The notes below the pieces were generated by a model that ran no database searches, was not told the DNA's origin, and saw nothing but the letters and a program-made list of their open reading frames with translations. From assembly GCA_964414415.1 (NCBI GenBank), contig CAYPWJ010000001.1, positions 74,701-138,700 of the forward strand: 64,000 nt of DNA, in the 5' to 3' direction. The position numbers were made by a program, and so were the translations under genes. Each line of letters opens with the position of its first letter. Position 1 is the stretch's first letter. Shown here piece by piece: positions 9,259 through 18,223 of the stretch. The stretch is from an uncultured Thermoplasmatales archaeon. Lineage in GTDB: Archaea > Thermoplasmatota > E2 > UBA202 > DSCA01.

Positions 9259-10340
9259 GTGTCTCCATCGTCATCCCAACGTTTAAAGAGCGGGGGAATC
9301 TGCCGGAGCTGTTCACCCGTATTTTCGCCGTTCTGGAGAGCGAGGGCATCGACGGCGAGGTCATCGTCGTTGACGACGACTCCCGGGATGGAACCGAAGG
9401 CTTTGTGCACAAATATGGCCGGGAGCGCCCCGTCGACGTCGTCGTCAGGAGAGACGAGAGAGGGCTGGCATCGGCCTGCGTCGAAGGCTTCCGGCATGCC
9501 AGCAACGACGTATTGCTGGTCATGGACGCCGACCTGCAGCATCCCCCGGAGAAGATACCCGCTCTGCTTGCGGCCATCGAGGCCGGTGCCGACATTGCGA
9601 TCGGCAGCAGATACGTGGAGGGAGGAAGCCTTGGCGACTGGGGCGTCGGCAGAAAACTGGTATCTAGGGCTGCCGCCTCCCTAGCGTCTCTCTTTTTTCA
9701 CACGGTCGCTGGCGTAAAGGACATTGAGTCAGGATTTTTTGCCTTCAAAAAAGACGTTATACAGGACGTCGACCTTCACCCGACGGGATACAAAATCCTG
9801 CTTGAGATTCTGGTGCTCGGCAGTTATACCGCTGTCGAAGAGATAGGATTCCGGTTTGGCGAACGAAAAAAAGGCGAGAGTAAACTCGGGCCGTCGGTCG
9901 TTGTTTCCTACCTTGCACATCTCTGGCATCTCCTCCGGGCATCCGGGCGGTTGACCCAGCTTATTTTATTTTGTCTGGTCGGCCTCGTCGGCGTCGGCGT
10001 CAACCTGGCCGTCCTGTATATCCTCACCGAGGCAGGGATGTATTACCTGCTGTCCGGGGCGGTCGCGATCGAGCTGTCGCTGCTGACCAATTTTGTCCTC
10101 AACCGCAGCTGGACCTTCAGAGACGAGGCACGACACGTGGGGCTGGCCAAGGCACTTGCCAAAGACCACGTCACCCGCTCGATAGGTATGGGGATAAATG
10201 TTGGCTGTCTCTACGTGCTGACGGAGTTCGCTGGACTGTTCTACATGCTCTCTATGCTGGTCGGCATCGGCCTTGCCACGCTGTGGAACTTCGTCGGCAA
10301 CGTCAGGTGGGTATGGACGCCGTCACGAGACGACGGATAA
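9255..10340 (+). CDS. Dolichyl-phosphate hexose synthase-like GT2 glycosyltransferase fused to a C-terminal GtrA-like 4-TM domain
   Basis: Start at MSVSIVIPTFKE (M15 of the track ORF). DxD region VIVVDDDSRDGT and the GT2 fold motifs. C-terminal GtrA-like helices. Confidence 0.8.
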   Translation: MSVSIVIPTFKERGNLPELFTRIFAVLESEGIDGEVIVVDDDSRDGTEGFVHKYGRERPVDVVVRRDERGLASACVEGFRHASNDVLLVMDADLQHPPEKIPALLAAIEAGADIAIGSRYVEGGSLGDWGVGRKLVSRAAASLASLFFHTVAGVKDIESGFFAFKKDVIQDVDLHPTGYKILLEILVLGSYTAVEEIGFRFGERKKGESKLGPSVVVSYLAHLWHLLRASGRLTQLILFCLVGLVGVGVNLAVLYILTEAGMYYLLSGAVAIELSLLTNFVLNRSWTFRDEARHVGLAKALAKDHVTRSIGMGINVGCLYVLTEFAGLFYMLSMLVGIGLATLWNFVGNVRWVWTPSRDDG

Positions 10341-10425
10341 GATACTCAGTTTCCCCTATTATGTTGGTCACGGCGGATGCCGTACCAACCTTTTTTAATT
10401 GCAGGGTGTTCATCCATGTGGCGCT

Positions 10426-12120
10426 ATGAAAAACCGCGAGATGGCCGAGATCCTGTACGAGATCGCCGAGCTGCTCGAGATGAAGGACGTCGACTTCAAG
10501 CCCCGCGCCTACCGCCGGGCGGCGCAGAACATCGAGTCACTCGGCACAGACATCGAGGAGCTCCACGCTGACGGGACGCTGCAGGACATCCCCGGCGTCG
10601 GGAAGAGCATCGCCGAAAAAATCGAGGAATACCTGGAGACCGGCTCCGTGGAGACACTGGAGCGGCTGCGAGAGGAGACCCCGGTGGACATCCAGGAGCT
10701 CTCCGCGGTCGAGGGCCTGGGCCCCAAGCGCATCGAGACGCTGTACCAGAAGCTGGGCGTTACGACGCTCGACGACCTCGAGGAAGCCGCCAAGCAGCAA
10801 AAGATCAGGGAGCTGGAGGGATTCGGCGCGAAAACCGAGCGGAACATCCTCGAGGGCATCGCCTTCGCCCGGGAGAGCCACGACCGTTTCCTGCTCGGCT
10901 TCGCGCTCCCCGAGGCTGACGACATCGTCGAGCAGCTTGAGCCACACGTCAGCCGGATAGCCGTGGCGGGATCGCTCCGCCGCAGGCGGGAGACCATCGG
11001 AGACGTCGACATCCTCGCCGTGACGGACGGCGACGCGATGGAGGTCTTCACCGGCATGGAGCACGTGGACCGGGTCCTGGTCAAGGGAGAGACCAAGACC
11101 TCGGTGCGCCTGCAGGGCGGCCTGCAGGTGGACCTGCGCATCGTCGACGCGGAGAGCTTCGGCTCCGCATTGCAGTACTTCACGGGCAGCCGGGACCACA
11201 ACATCGCGGTGCGGAAGCGCGCCATCCGACGGGGCTACAAGCTCAACGAGTACGGTCTCTTTGACGGCGACAAACGAGTGGCCGGTGAAACCGAGGAGGA
11301 CGTCTACAGGGCGCTCGACCTGGCCTGGATCCCTCCGGAGCTGCGGGAAAACCGCGGAGAGGTGGCGGCGGCCGAGGAGGGGACGCTGCCTGACCTCGTC
11401 GACCTCGACGACGTGAAGGGAGACCTGCAGATGCATACCACGTGGAGCGACGGCGCGAACTCTATAGATGAAATGGTGGAGGCAGCCCTGGAGCTCGGCC
11501 ATGACTACATCGCGATCACCGATCACGTCGGCTCGCTGCGGATCGCCGGCGGCCTCAACGCCGACGAGGTGGCGGAGCAGGCAGACGAAATCCAGGCGGC
11601 CCGCGACACCTATGACGGCATCCATATCTTCCACGGCGTCGAGGCGAACGTCATGAAGGACGGCAGCCTCGATGTCGGCGACGATATCTTCGAGCGGGTC
11701 GACCTCGTGCTGGCCGGCCTCCATTCGGCGTTTCGGATGGACGAGGCGGCGATGACCGAGCGACTCGTTGCAGCTGTCGAGCATCCCGCGGTGGACATCA
11801 TCCCGCATCCGACCTGCCGGCGTCTCCAGAAACGGGAGCCCATCGAGGTTGACCTCGGCCGGGTGCTGCAGGCCGCCGCTGACAGCGACGTCGCCATGGA
11901 GATCAACGCCTACCCGGAGCGCCTGGACCTCAACGACGCTCACGCCCGGCGGGCGAGAGATCTCGGTGTCACGCTGTCCATAGGCACCGACGCTCACCGC
12001 GCGGATCATCTCCGCTACTACGAGCTCGGTATCGCGGTTGCACGGCGCGGCTGGCTTGAAGAAGACGACGTGCTCAACACGCTGGATGCATCGACGCTGG
12101 AGAAGCGCTTTGCACGCTAG
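10426..12120 (+). CDS. polX: Family X DNA polymerase (PolX) with a C-terminal PHP phosphoesterase domain
   Basis: HhH motifs (GVGKSIAEKIEEY, GLGPKRIETLYQ). Pol beta-like nucleotidyltransferase (GSLRRRRETIGDVDIL). PHP domain (HTTWSDGANSIDEM...ITDH...GVEAN). TATA TTTTTTAATTG about 30 nt upstream. Confidence 0.85.
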   Translation: MKNREMAEILYEIAELLEMKDVDFKPRAYRRAAQNIESLGTDIEELHADGTLQDIPGVGKSIAEKIEEYLETGSVETLERLREETPVDIQELSAVEGLGPKRIETLYQKLGVTTLDDLEEAAKQQKIRELEGFGAKTERNILEGIAFARESHDRFLLGFALPEADDIVEQLEPHVSRIAVAGSLRRRRETIGDVDILAVTDGDAMEVFTGMEHVDRVLVKGETKTSVRLQGGLQVDLRIVDAESFGSALQYFTGSRDHNIAVRKRAIRRGYKLNEYGLFDGDKRVAGETEEDVYRALDLAWIPPELRENRGEVAAAEEGTLPDLVDLDDVKGDLQMHTTWSDGANSIDEMVEAALELGHDYIAITDHVGSLRIAGGLNADEVAEQADEIQAARDTYDGIHIFHGVEANVMKDGSLDVGDDIFERVDLVLAGLHSAFRMDEAAMTERLVAAVEHPAVDIIPHPTCRRLQKREPIEVDLGRVLQAAADSDVAMEINAYPERLDLNDAHARRARDLGVTLSIGTDAHRADHLRYYELGIAVARRGWLEEDDVLNTLDASTLEKRFAR

Positions 12121-12193
12121 CGATACATTGAGAGCCCGGCTTTTCTGGAGTGACTGGCATGTCGAGCCGTTCAGGGACGTAGAGCCGGAAAGG

Positions 12194-12205
12194 AAAATAT
12201 TATTA
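12194..12205 (+). promoter_or_regulatory. TATA box (AAAATATTATTA) about 29 nt upstream of tRNA-Asp
   Basis: Position relative to the tRNA 5' end at 12229. Confidence 0.4.
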
Positions 12206-12228
12206 ACGGGCATCCTATACCACTCTGA

Positions 12229-12353
12229 GCCCCGGTAGTGTAGTGGTTATCATGCGAGCCTGTCGAGGCCCCGCTGGGGCTGCAGCAAGCTCGCGACCCG
12301 AGTTCAAAGCCGTGTCGCGTCCTGCGGCATGGATGAAAATCTCGGCCGGGGCG
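12229..12353 (+). tRNA. tRNA-Asp (GUC) with two introns: a canonical 22-nt intron (12266-12287, between positions 37 and 38) and a 31-nt intron in the T-loop (12309-12339, between positions 59 and 60)
   Basis: Exons assemble into a 72-nt tRNA. Acceptor GCCCCGG/CCGGGGC. D arm GUGU-AGUGGUUA-UCAU, typical of archaeal tRNA-Asp. Anticodon stem CGAGC/GCUCG with loop CUGUCG|A. T arm CCGAG-UUCAAA|U-CUCGG. Discriminator G. Intron 1 forms a textbook hBHBh' motif: CUGU pairs with GCAG, the bulges are CG|A and CA|A, and the upper helix is GGCCCC/GGGGCU. Intron 2 has central helix UUCA/UGAA and 3' bulge AA|U, but a relaxed 5' side. Confidence 0.7.
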
Positions 12354-12435
12354 CTCCTTTCTTTTCCCCCGTGCCTGGTGCTTCCCGAAACTTACTTATA
12401 TGTAGCGAGGATAGTTCTCCCTGTCAGGTGACCGT

Positions 12436-14691
12436 ATGAAAGGAAAGCGGCATGTCATGCTTGTGTTTGGCCTCGTTTTTTTTATCGTTGCTCCCTCACT
12501 CGGGTTCGTGGTGACTCCGTCGATGAAGCGAGTGCCAGACGACCTGGACAAGACCATCCGCTATGAGGGTGACTTCGGTGTATTCAATACCTCGACGCTG
12601 CAGATGGATTACGTGGACGTGGAGATATGCCGGAACGTGACCGCGATTGAGGAACACGACGGTGTGCTGCTTCTCCGGGAGGATATATCAATTGTCAACA
12701 GCCGGACGGACGAGCAGATCCCGGAGCTGTCCGACACCAACATCTGGGCCATCGATCCCTACACCTCCAAAAACGTCAGGGGGTACGGTGACACGGAGCG
12801 CGTCGGCCAGTATATCTTCCCGATTGGCGTCGAGAAAAAACGGTATACCATCTGGAACGGCGACATGGACGGCCCCTACAGCGAGGGATACGTGGACGTT
12901 GAGGACGCGACGGGTGTCGCCCGCTACCAGGCCGAGGAGACGGTTGCCGGCACGACCTGCTACAAGTACCACGGCGGCCAGGAGGAAGTCTGGATCGGGC
13001 CGGGTCCGGAGGGCACCCCGCCGGGCACCGAGATGTATTACGAGGGCGAGCAGACCGCCTGGGTCGATCCCGAGACGGGCACCATCGTGGACTACGACAA
13101 ACACATCCGGCAGTACCTCGAGTTCCCCGACCTCAACCGGCTGCCGGCTGACCTGAACACGACAGCGCGGCTGAGCGGCACCATCGCCATGTTCAATCTC
13201 TCCAGCGCGGCATCCGACGATCCCTACGACCGGTGGAACGCTAGCGTCCGGCGGCACGTCTGGGTGGAGGAGGCATCCACCGACGAGATGTACATGGTCG
13301 GCAGCGAAACCATCGCACGAGACAGCGACGGCGATCTCCTCCCGGGTGACTTCCAGGCGTACAGCGTCGACGGCGTCAACCGGACCACGATGCACTATCA
13401 TCCACATTTCAGCGACAAGAGCGGCCGGCTGACGTTTCCCATCGGCGTCGAACAGCGCGACTACGAGCTGTGGAACAGCGACATCGGTGCCTCATCGACC
13501 GCCCGTTACACGGGGCAGACATCCATCGCCGGGCTGCCGGTCTACCGCTACCGGGTCTCGGTCGAGGAGCATCCACGCGGTACCATGTCGATCCCCGGGA
13601 TGAGCGACCGCCACGTCGACCTCTCATACAGCGGCGACACGGTCTACTACGTGGAGCCCGCCACCGGCAGCGTCGTCAACGTCGAAAAGACAGGCGTCGT
13701 CGAGGCGACGTTTCCCGACCTGCATACCATCCCAGAGAACACCCATACAGAGCTCGAGATGAACGGCGACCTCTGGATCCTCGGGCAGGGGCGCACCGAC
13801 ATCCGGATGCATCGGGAGGTCACGGCGACCGACACCCACTACGATGAAGGACGCAAGGTCATCCTGCTGCGCGACAACACGACGGTCTACGATCAGGCAA
13901 GCGGCGAGGTCGTCGAGATGGCGTCCGGCAGCGCGGTGCACGGCGTCTACGCAGAGACGGCCAGAGAGGCCCCGAACTACGGCGACCGCCACCGGGAGGG
14001 CGTCTTTACGTTTCCACCAGGCGTGGACAAGCAGACCTACCAGATGTGGAACACCGAGATCGCTGCGACGTCACCCGCCCGCTTCGTCCGTGAGGAAGAC
14101 CACGCCGGCATCCACACATATCTGTTCGAGACGGAGGAAAGCCGGCAGGTCTACGACCCCACAGAGGGCATCGAGCAGGAGGTCAAATATACGACGACGA
14201 CGCGGTACTGGGTGGAGCCCAACAGCGGCATGGTCATCGACATGGAAAAGACCTCGGAGAAAAAAGTCAATCTCCTCAACTACCTCGTCGGCATCCCGGG
14301 CCGGACCTGGGTGAAGGCCTACGAGCTCACGCTGTCGTTTTCCGACGGCACCGTCGCCAAAAACGTCCGGGCAGGACGGACGGCGGCAGCCCAGATGCAG
14401 CTCTCCGGCAGCACGATGCCGGTCACCACGGTGAATCTCTCAACCGCGGGGTTGATGGACAGCGTCAGGGCGGCACGGCAGCAAAAACAGCAGGTGCAGC
14501 AGCTCGACGAAAACAAGGTCAAAGCCGTGGATTTCCACTACTGGATGAGCCATGCGTCGGTGGAGCAGATGGCGGACGAAGCGCAGACAACCGGCTTCAT
14601 GCTCATGCTGCTCCAGGTCATCCTGCCCGTCCTCCTCGTGATTTTCGGTGTTGCCCTCGCTGTGCTCTGGTGGGTCAACCGGCCCGAGTAG
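12436..14691 (+). CDS. Membrane-anchored surface protein made of three tandem roughly 230-aa domains (DUF3068-like), with signal peptide and C-terminal TM helix
   Basis: Three copies of the block FPIGVEKKRYTIWN / FPIGVEQRDYELWN / FPPGVDKQTYQMWN, each followed by a Y..Y...E hallmark. N-terminal hydrophobic signal. C-terminal LMLLQVILPVLLVIFGVALAVLWWV anchor. Confidence 0.6.
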   Translation: MKGKRHVMLVFGLVFFIVAPSLGFVVTPSMKRVPDDLDKTIRYEGDFGVFNTSTLQMDYVDVEICRNVTAIEEHDGVLLLREDISIVNSRTDEQIPELSDTNIWAIDPYTSKNVRGYGDTERVGQYIFPIGVEKKRYTIWNGDMDGPYSEGYVDVEDATGVARYQAEETVAGTTCYKYHGGQEEVWIGPGPEGTPPGTEMYYEGEQTAWVDPETGTIVDYDKHIRQYLEFPDLNRLPADLNTTARLSGTIAMFNLSSAASDDPYDRWNASVRRHVWVEEASTDEMYMVGSETIARDSDGDLLPGDFQAYSVDGVNRTTMHYHPHFSDKSGRLTFPIGVEQRDYELWNSDIGASSTARYTGQTSIAGLPVYRYRVSVEEHPRGTMSIPGMSDRHVDLSYSGDTVYYVEPATGSVVNVEKTGVVEATFPDLHTIPENTHTELEMNGDLWILGQGRTDIRMHREVTATDTHYDEGRKVILLRDNTTVYDQASGEVVEMASGSAVHGVYAETAREAPNYGDRHREGVFTFPPGVDKQTYQMWNTEIAATSPARFVREEDHAGIHTYLFETEESRQVYDPTEGIEQEVKYTTTTRYWVEPNSGMVIDMEKTSEKKVNLLNYLVGIPGRTWVKAYELTLSFSDGTVAKNVRAGRTAAAQMQLSGSTMPVTTVNLSTAGLMDSVRAARQQKQQVQQLDENKVKAVDFHYWMSHASVEQMADEAQTTGFMLMLLQVILPVLLVIFGVALAVLWWVNRPE

Positions 14692-14722
14692 CTCACAGCT
14701 CCCCGGGGCTACCGGAAGGAGG

Positions 14723-16540
14723 CTACCTGAACTGCGGCCGGCGGCTCAGCCGCCGCGGGAGCGACAGCGGCTCAAACGGCCGCCCCTGCATTTTTTGCTG
14801 GACGAGCGCTTGGAGGTCGTCGAGCGACAGCTCGTCGGGACAGTCAAACCGGCAGCGAGGCTGAAACACGCCGTCCTGCTCACGGTCGCCGTAGACGATG
14901 ATGACCGGCACCCATTCCTTCTCGGCGGTGCGGATGCGCTTCGACACGCTTGCGTCACGGTCGTCGACGTCCACCCGCGCGTCGATGCGGTCGGCGAGCT
15001 GGAGGCAGTCGTCGTTGAACTCGTCCCGGACGGGGATGAGCCGTATCTGCGTGGGTGACAGCCAGAAGGGCAGCATGCCCTTGCCGCCCTGCTCCATCTT
15101 CTTTGCCTCTGACTCCAGCAGCGCGCAGACGCAGCGGTCGATGCCGCCCGAGATGGAGGTGTGGAGGAGCAACGGATGCCGCTGGTCGCCCTGCTCGTCG
15201 GTGTAGGTGATGTCGAACGACGCGGGGTTCTCGACGTCTATCTGGACGGTCGACAGCGCGAAGGACGTGCCGACCGAGTCGTTCATGTTGAACTCGTACT
15301 TGGCGACGAAGTAGAAGTAGCGCTCGTTCCACATCTCCACCAGGATGGGTCGCCCCCACTCGCGGGCGAGCTCCACCGCAAAGTCCCGGTTGTCCTCGAA
15401 GAACGAGCGGACGAACCGGACGGCGACCTCGCCTTCCAGCTCGTTGAGCCGTATCCAGTCGAGCGACAGCATGAACTGCCGCCTGAACTCCTCCAGCGCC
15501 TGCTCACGGTTGCTGCAGAGGGTATGCATGTCGGGCATCGTGAACGAACGGAGGCGCTTAATGCCCGACAGCTCGCCGTGCTGCTCACGGCGGAAGGAGC
15601 GCGCCAGCTCGAAGAGGCGCAGCGGGAGCTGCCGGTAGGAGACGATCATGTCGTGGGCCATCAGGTACTGCCCGAAGCAGGCGGCGAAGCGCATGAACAG
15701 CTCGTCGTCGCCGCTCCGGATGCGGTACTGGCGGGCGGGGAACTTGGACAGGTATTTCTTCAGGGCCGGGTGCTCGGTGTCGTACATCAACGGCGTCTCG
15801 ACCTCCATCGCCCCGGCCTGGAGGCACATCTGCTCGACCTGGCGCTCCAGCAGTTTTTTGACCAGGCGGCCCTTGGGGTACCACCGCATGTGGCCGGGGC
15901 CGGCGCCGGGCTCGTAGTCGACGAGCTCCAGGTCCTGCATCAGGCGGATGTGCGCCGGCGTTTGCTCTGCTTTGCGGCTGCCGTGTGCCTCGTACTCGTA
16001 GAACTTCCTGAGCTCCTTGTGCCCCTCGAAGTCAAAGCTGTCGGCTTCGACGAGCTCGCCGTCAGGGGTGAGCACGTAGAACGTCGACGGTGCTGTCTCC
16101 TCCGCCGGCGTTTCCTCTTTTTTCTCCGCTGTTACGGTCCGGGACAGCTCCGCCAGCGGGTGCCCCTTGCAGCGCAGGGCGAAGGCCTTGTACCAGCCGA
16201 ACGGCGCCTGCTTGACTGTGAAGTCGTCGGCCAGCCGGTCGTGCAGCTGCGCCAGTGCCTCCTGCGCCGCCTGGATGCCGGCGAGGTCGGTAGCGAGATG
16301 CGCATATGGATACAGCATGACGCTGTCTACGCTGACTTTTGACGCCACGTCGCGTATCTCCCGGGCGGCGTTGTCGACAACGGCGTCGATGTCGCTCTCG
16401 TCGCCCTGTTCGACGGCGACGAAGACCGCCAGCGCCTCGTCGAGCCTGTCCTCCATTGCCTCGAGTTCCTGGGCGCTGTCGAGGGCCTTCTGTTTTGCCT
16501 CGTATTCGATGTAATCGGTGTGGAGCAGCAAAAGCTTCAT
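14723..16540 (-). CDS. thrS: Threonyl-tRNA synthetase, archaeal type (N-terminal archaeal editing domain plus class II core and anticodon-binding domain)
   Basis: 605 aa. Class II motifs (FRREQHGELSGIKRLRSF, GGIDRCVCALLE) and the archaeal-specific N-terminal editing domain. Confidence 0.9.
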   Translation of the reverse strand: MKLLLLHTDYIEYEAKQKALDSAQELEAMEDRLDEALAVFVAVEQGDESDIDAVVDNAAREIRDVASKVSVDSVMLYPYAHLATDLAGIQAAQEALAQLHDRLADDFTVKQAPFGWYKAFALRCKGHPLAELSRTVTAEKKEETPAEETAPSTFYVLTPDGELVEADSFDFEGHKELRKFYEYEAHGSRKAEQTPAHIRLMQDLELVDYEPGAGPGHMRWYPKGRLVKKLLERQVEQMCLQAGAMEVETPLMYDTEHPALKKYLSKFPARQYRIRSGDDELFMRFAACFGQYLMAHDMIVSYRQLPLRLFELARSFRREQHGELSGIKRLRSFTMPDMHTLCSNREQALEEFRRQFMLSLDWIRLNELEGEVAVRFVRSFFEDNRDFAVELAREWGRPILVEMWNERYFYFVAKYEFNMNDSVGTSFALSTVQIDVENPASFDITYTDEQGDQRHPLLLHTSISGGIDRCVCALLESEAKKMEQGGKGMLPFWLSPTQIRLIPVRDEFNDDCLQLADRIDARVDVDDRDASVSKRIRTAEKEWVPVIIVYGDREQDGVFQPRCRFDCPDELSLDDLQALVQQKMQGRPFEPLSLPRRLSRRPQFR

Positions 16541-16592
16541 GGAGGTAAAGCATCCCTGGATATAAAAATCTTACAGATATGGAAATGGTCTC

Positions 16593-17654
16593 TCAGACAT
16601 GGGTCAGCAGCCAGTGGATGACGGGAAGCCGTTCGAAGATTTCCATATGTTTAGCCTTGGCGAGTTTGACGCGGAATCCTTTATACGACCATCCGCTTTC
16701 TAATCCGTCTTCATCCACTGCTTTAACCTTTATGCTTTTAGTTTCTCCTATGTCACCTATTTCGTCGTAGGTATGGGACAGCGTGACGGTGGCACCGCTT
16801 TCGAAAGGTCCATAGGTGGTGTTGGTCTCATTCTCCCAGTCCCATTGGACGATGAGGGTAATTTTATCATCATTTGGGTCATATACATGGGCCTGTAGCT
16901 TGTATTCCTTTCTCCATTTGACTGTGTCGTTTCCCTGTAGTATTGGTTCATAGGGCGGATAGTCCTTTTCTACTTCGTTTACTGGTCCAAAAAACATATT
17001 ATCAAACCGTAGTTCAACCTCTGGTGAAGGCAATTGATCCCTGCTGCTCTTCCAGCCTATTTCTAAATTAACATATCTGCTAGTCTCTTCGAAATAAAAA
17101 TTCCTATCGTTAGGGTCGCTACAATTAAACTCTACATACTTCCACTCATTATAAGGCGGAGTTATCTCTATAATTTTTGCATTCCCTCCATTCCATATAT
17201 CATTTTCTCTATACTCCGCGGCACATATAATAATCCGGGTGTCACTAGGGTTACCAGTAATTTTGTACCAGAAACCAACATGATAATACTTGTTGGGTTC
17301 TATCTTTATCTTTGAAGCGGTATTTGGCCACCAACCATTAAAAGCATGATTATCCAAATTGGTTATCCCTGCGGATTTACTACCCGAATGGGCATATTTA
17401 GAATCCCAAAGAGGCTTGGTTTCACCCATTCCATCAAAAAGCCATCTTGCAGGTTTATCATCAGAGCCAAATTCAAACGAAGGATTTTCAATGAGATTCG
17501 TGCCATTCAAGCTGCTCGGGGCGCATTTACTCTCCATCGATGCCCCGGTAAACGTTCCACCTGGCTTGTCTGCCGGCTGGATGGCTGCAATCGGCACAGC
17601 CAGCAGAGCGACTATCAGAAAGCAGATGACCACTCTGGAGGGTATCCATCTCAT
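16593..17654 (-). CDS. Secreted protein with a CBM/jelly-roll-like domain and a C-terminal PKD/Big-like domain, encoded in a low-GC islet
   Basis: Start at MRWIPSRVVICFLIVALLAVPIAA (M139 of the track ORF, signal peptide). By eye about 45% GC with A/T-ending codons, against about 65% in the flanks. Confidence 0.6.
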   Translation of the reverse strand: MRWIPSRVVICFLIVALLAVPIAAIQPADKPGGTFTGASMESKCAPSSLNGTNLIENPSFEFGSDDKPARWLFDGMGETKPLWDSKYAHSGSKSAGITNLDNHAFNGWWPNTASKIKIEPNKYYHVGFWYKITGNPSDTRIIICAAEYRENDIWNGGNAKIIEITPPYNEWKYVEFNCSDPNDRNFYFEETSRYVNLEIGWKSSRDQLPSPEVELRFDNMFFGPVNEVEKDYPPYEPILQGNDTVKWRKEYKLQAHVYDPNDDKITLIVQWDWENETNTTYGPFESGATVTLSHTYDEIGDIGETKSIKVKAVDEDGLESGWSYKGFRVKLAKAKHMEIFERLPVIHWLLTHV

Positions 17655-17806
17655 TTTATTTGCCTCTAAACCACAAAATGGTATATCGTTCATAAACCCA
17701 TCGAAAATGTAGCTTCCTTTTAAGATGTAATCTAAAGGCTTTCCGTATATCGTTCCTTCGGAAAGAGTACGCGAGGGTTTGCCAGAGACTCGCTCTATTC
17801 CCGGTT

Positions 17807-18223
17807 TCAGTATGAAGCCAGATACGGCTGCAGCGTCACGCGGAGCTCTTCTGGGTCGCGGAGCCCGGACATCGTGACCGCGGTGCCGTCGCCGTGGACG
17901 GTGACGTCCGTGTAGCCCAGCAGCGCTCCGGCGTAGCCCCGGCTGACCTCCAGGCCGGTGACGTCGGGGAGCGACAGGTCGCTGTGTTCCATGCGGAGGA
18001 GAAACGCGTAGTGTTCCTCCGCCCTGATGACCCGCTGGGTGGTGACGAGATACCGGACGCGTATCCATTTCACCGCGGCGTAGACGATGAAGAAAAGGCC
18101 CAGGCCGTAGAGCAGCAGCGTCGCACAGCCGAGCAGCCAGAAGAGCCAGAGCGACCGCAGCGATACCCGCCGCCAGAGGATGCGCTCGCCTGGGTGGAAA
18201 TGAAGACGGGTCTGCAGCGCCAT
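17807..18223 (-). CDS. Bacterial-PH-like (bPH_2/YdbT-type) membrane-flanked domain protein
   Basis: 138 aa. Two N-terminal TM helices then a PH-like domain. The start overlaps the upstream DUF63 stop in TGATG, indicating translational coupling. It is the C-terminal segment of the artefactually long track ORF 17807..19483. Confidence 0.6.
   Translation of the reverse strand: MALQTRLHFHPGERILWRRVSLRSLWLFWLLGCATLLLYGLGLFFIVYAAVKWIRVRYLVTTQRVIRAEEHYAFLLRMEHSDLSLPDVTGLEVSRGYAGALLGYTDVTVHGDGTAVTMSGLRDPEELRVTLQPYLASY

Noticed and set aside
10537-12213. 558-aa minus-strand ORF antisense to the PolX gene. Similar long antisense or out-of-frame ORFs occur at 5674..6822(-), 1787..2881(-), 15161..16342(+), 20238..21338(+), 22196..23840(+), 24231..25220(+), 31371..33611(+), 36593..37378(+), 37267..38823(-), 40652..41773(+), 42982..44004(+), 46392..46967(-), 50232..51359(-), 56702..57358(-) and 60520..61605(-).
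   Set aside because: Each lies opposite or out of frame to a gene with clear family motifs. Their products are low-complexity Arg/Ala/Pro-rich strings, as expected from a roughly 65% GC genome. No start-site signals or promoters were found.
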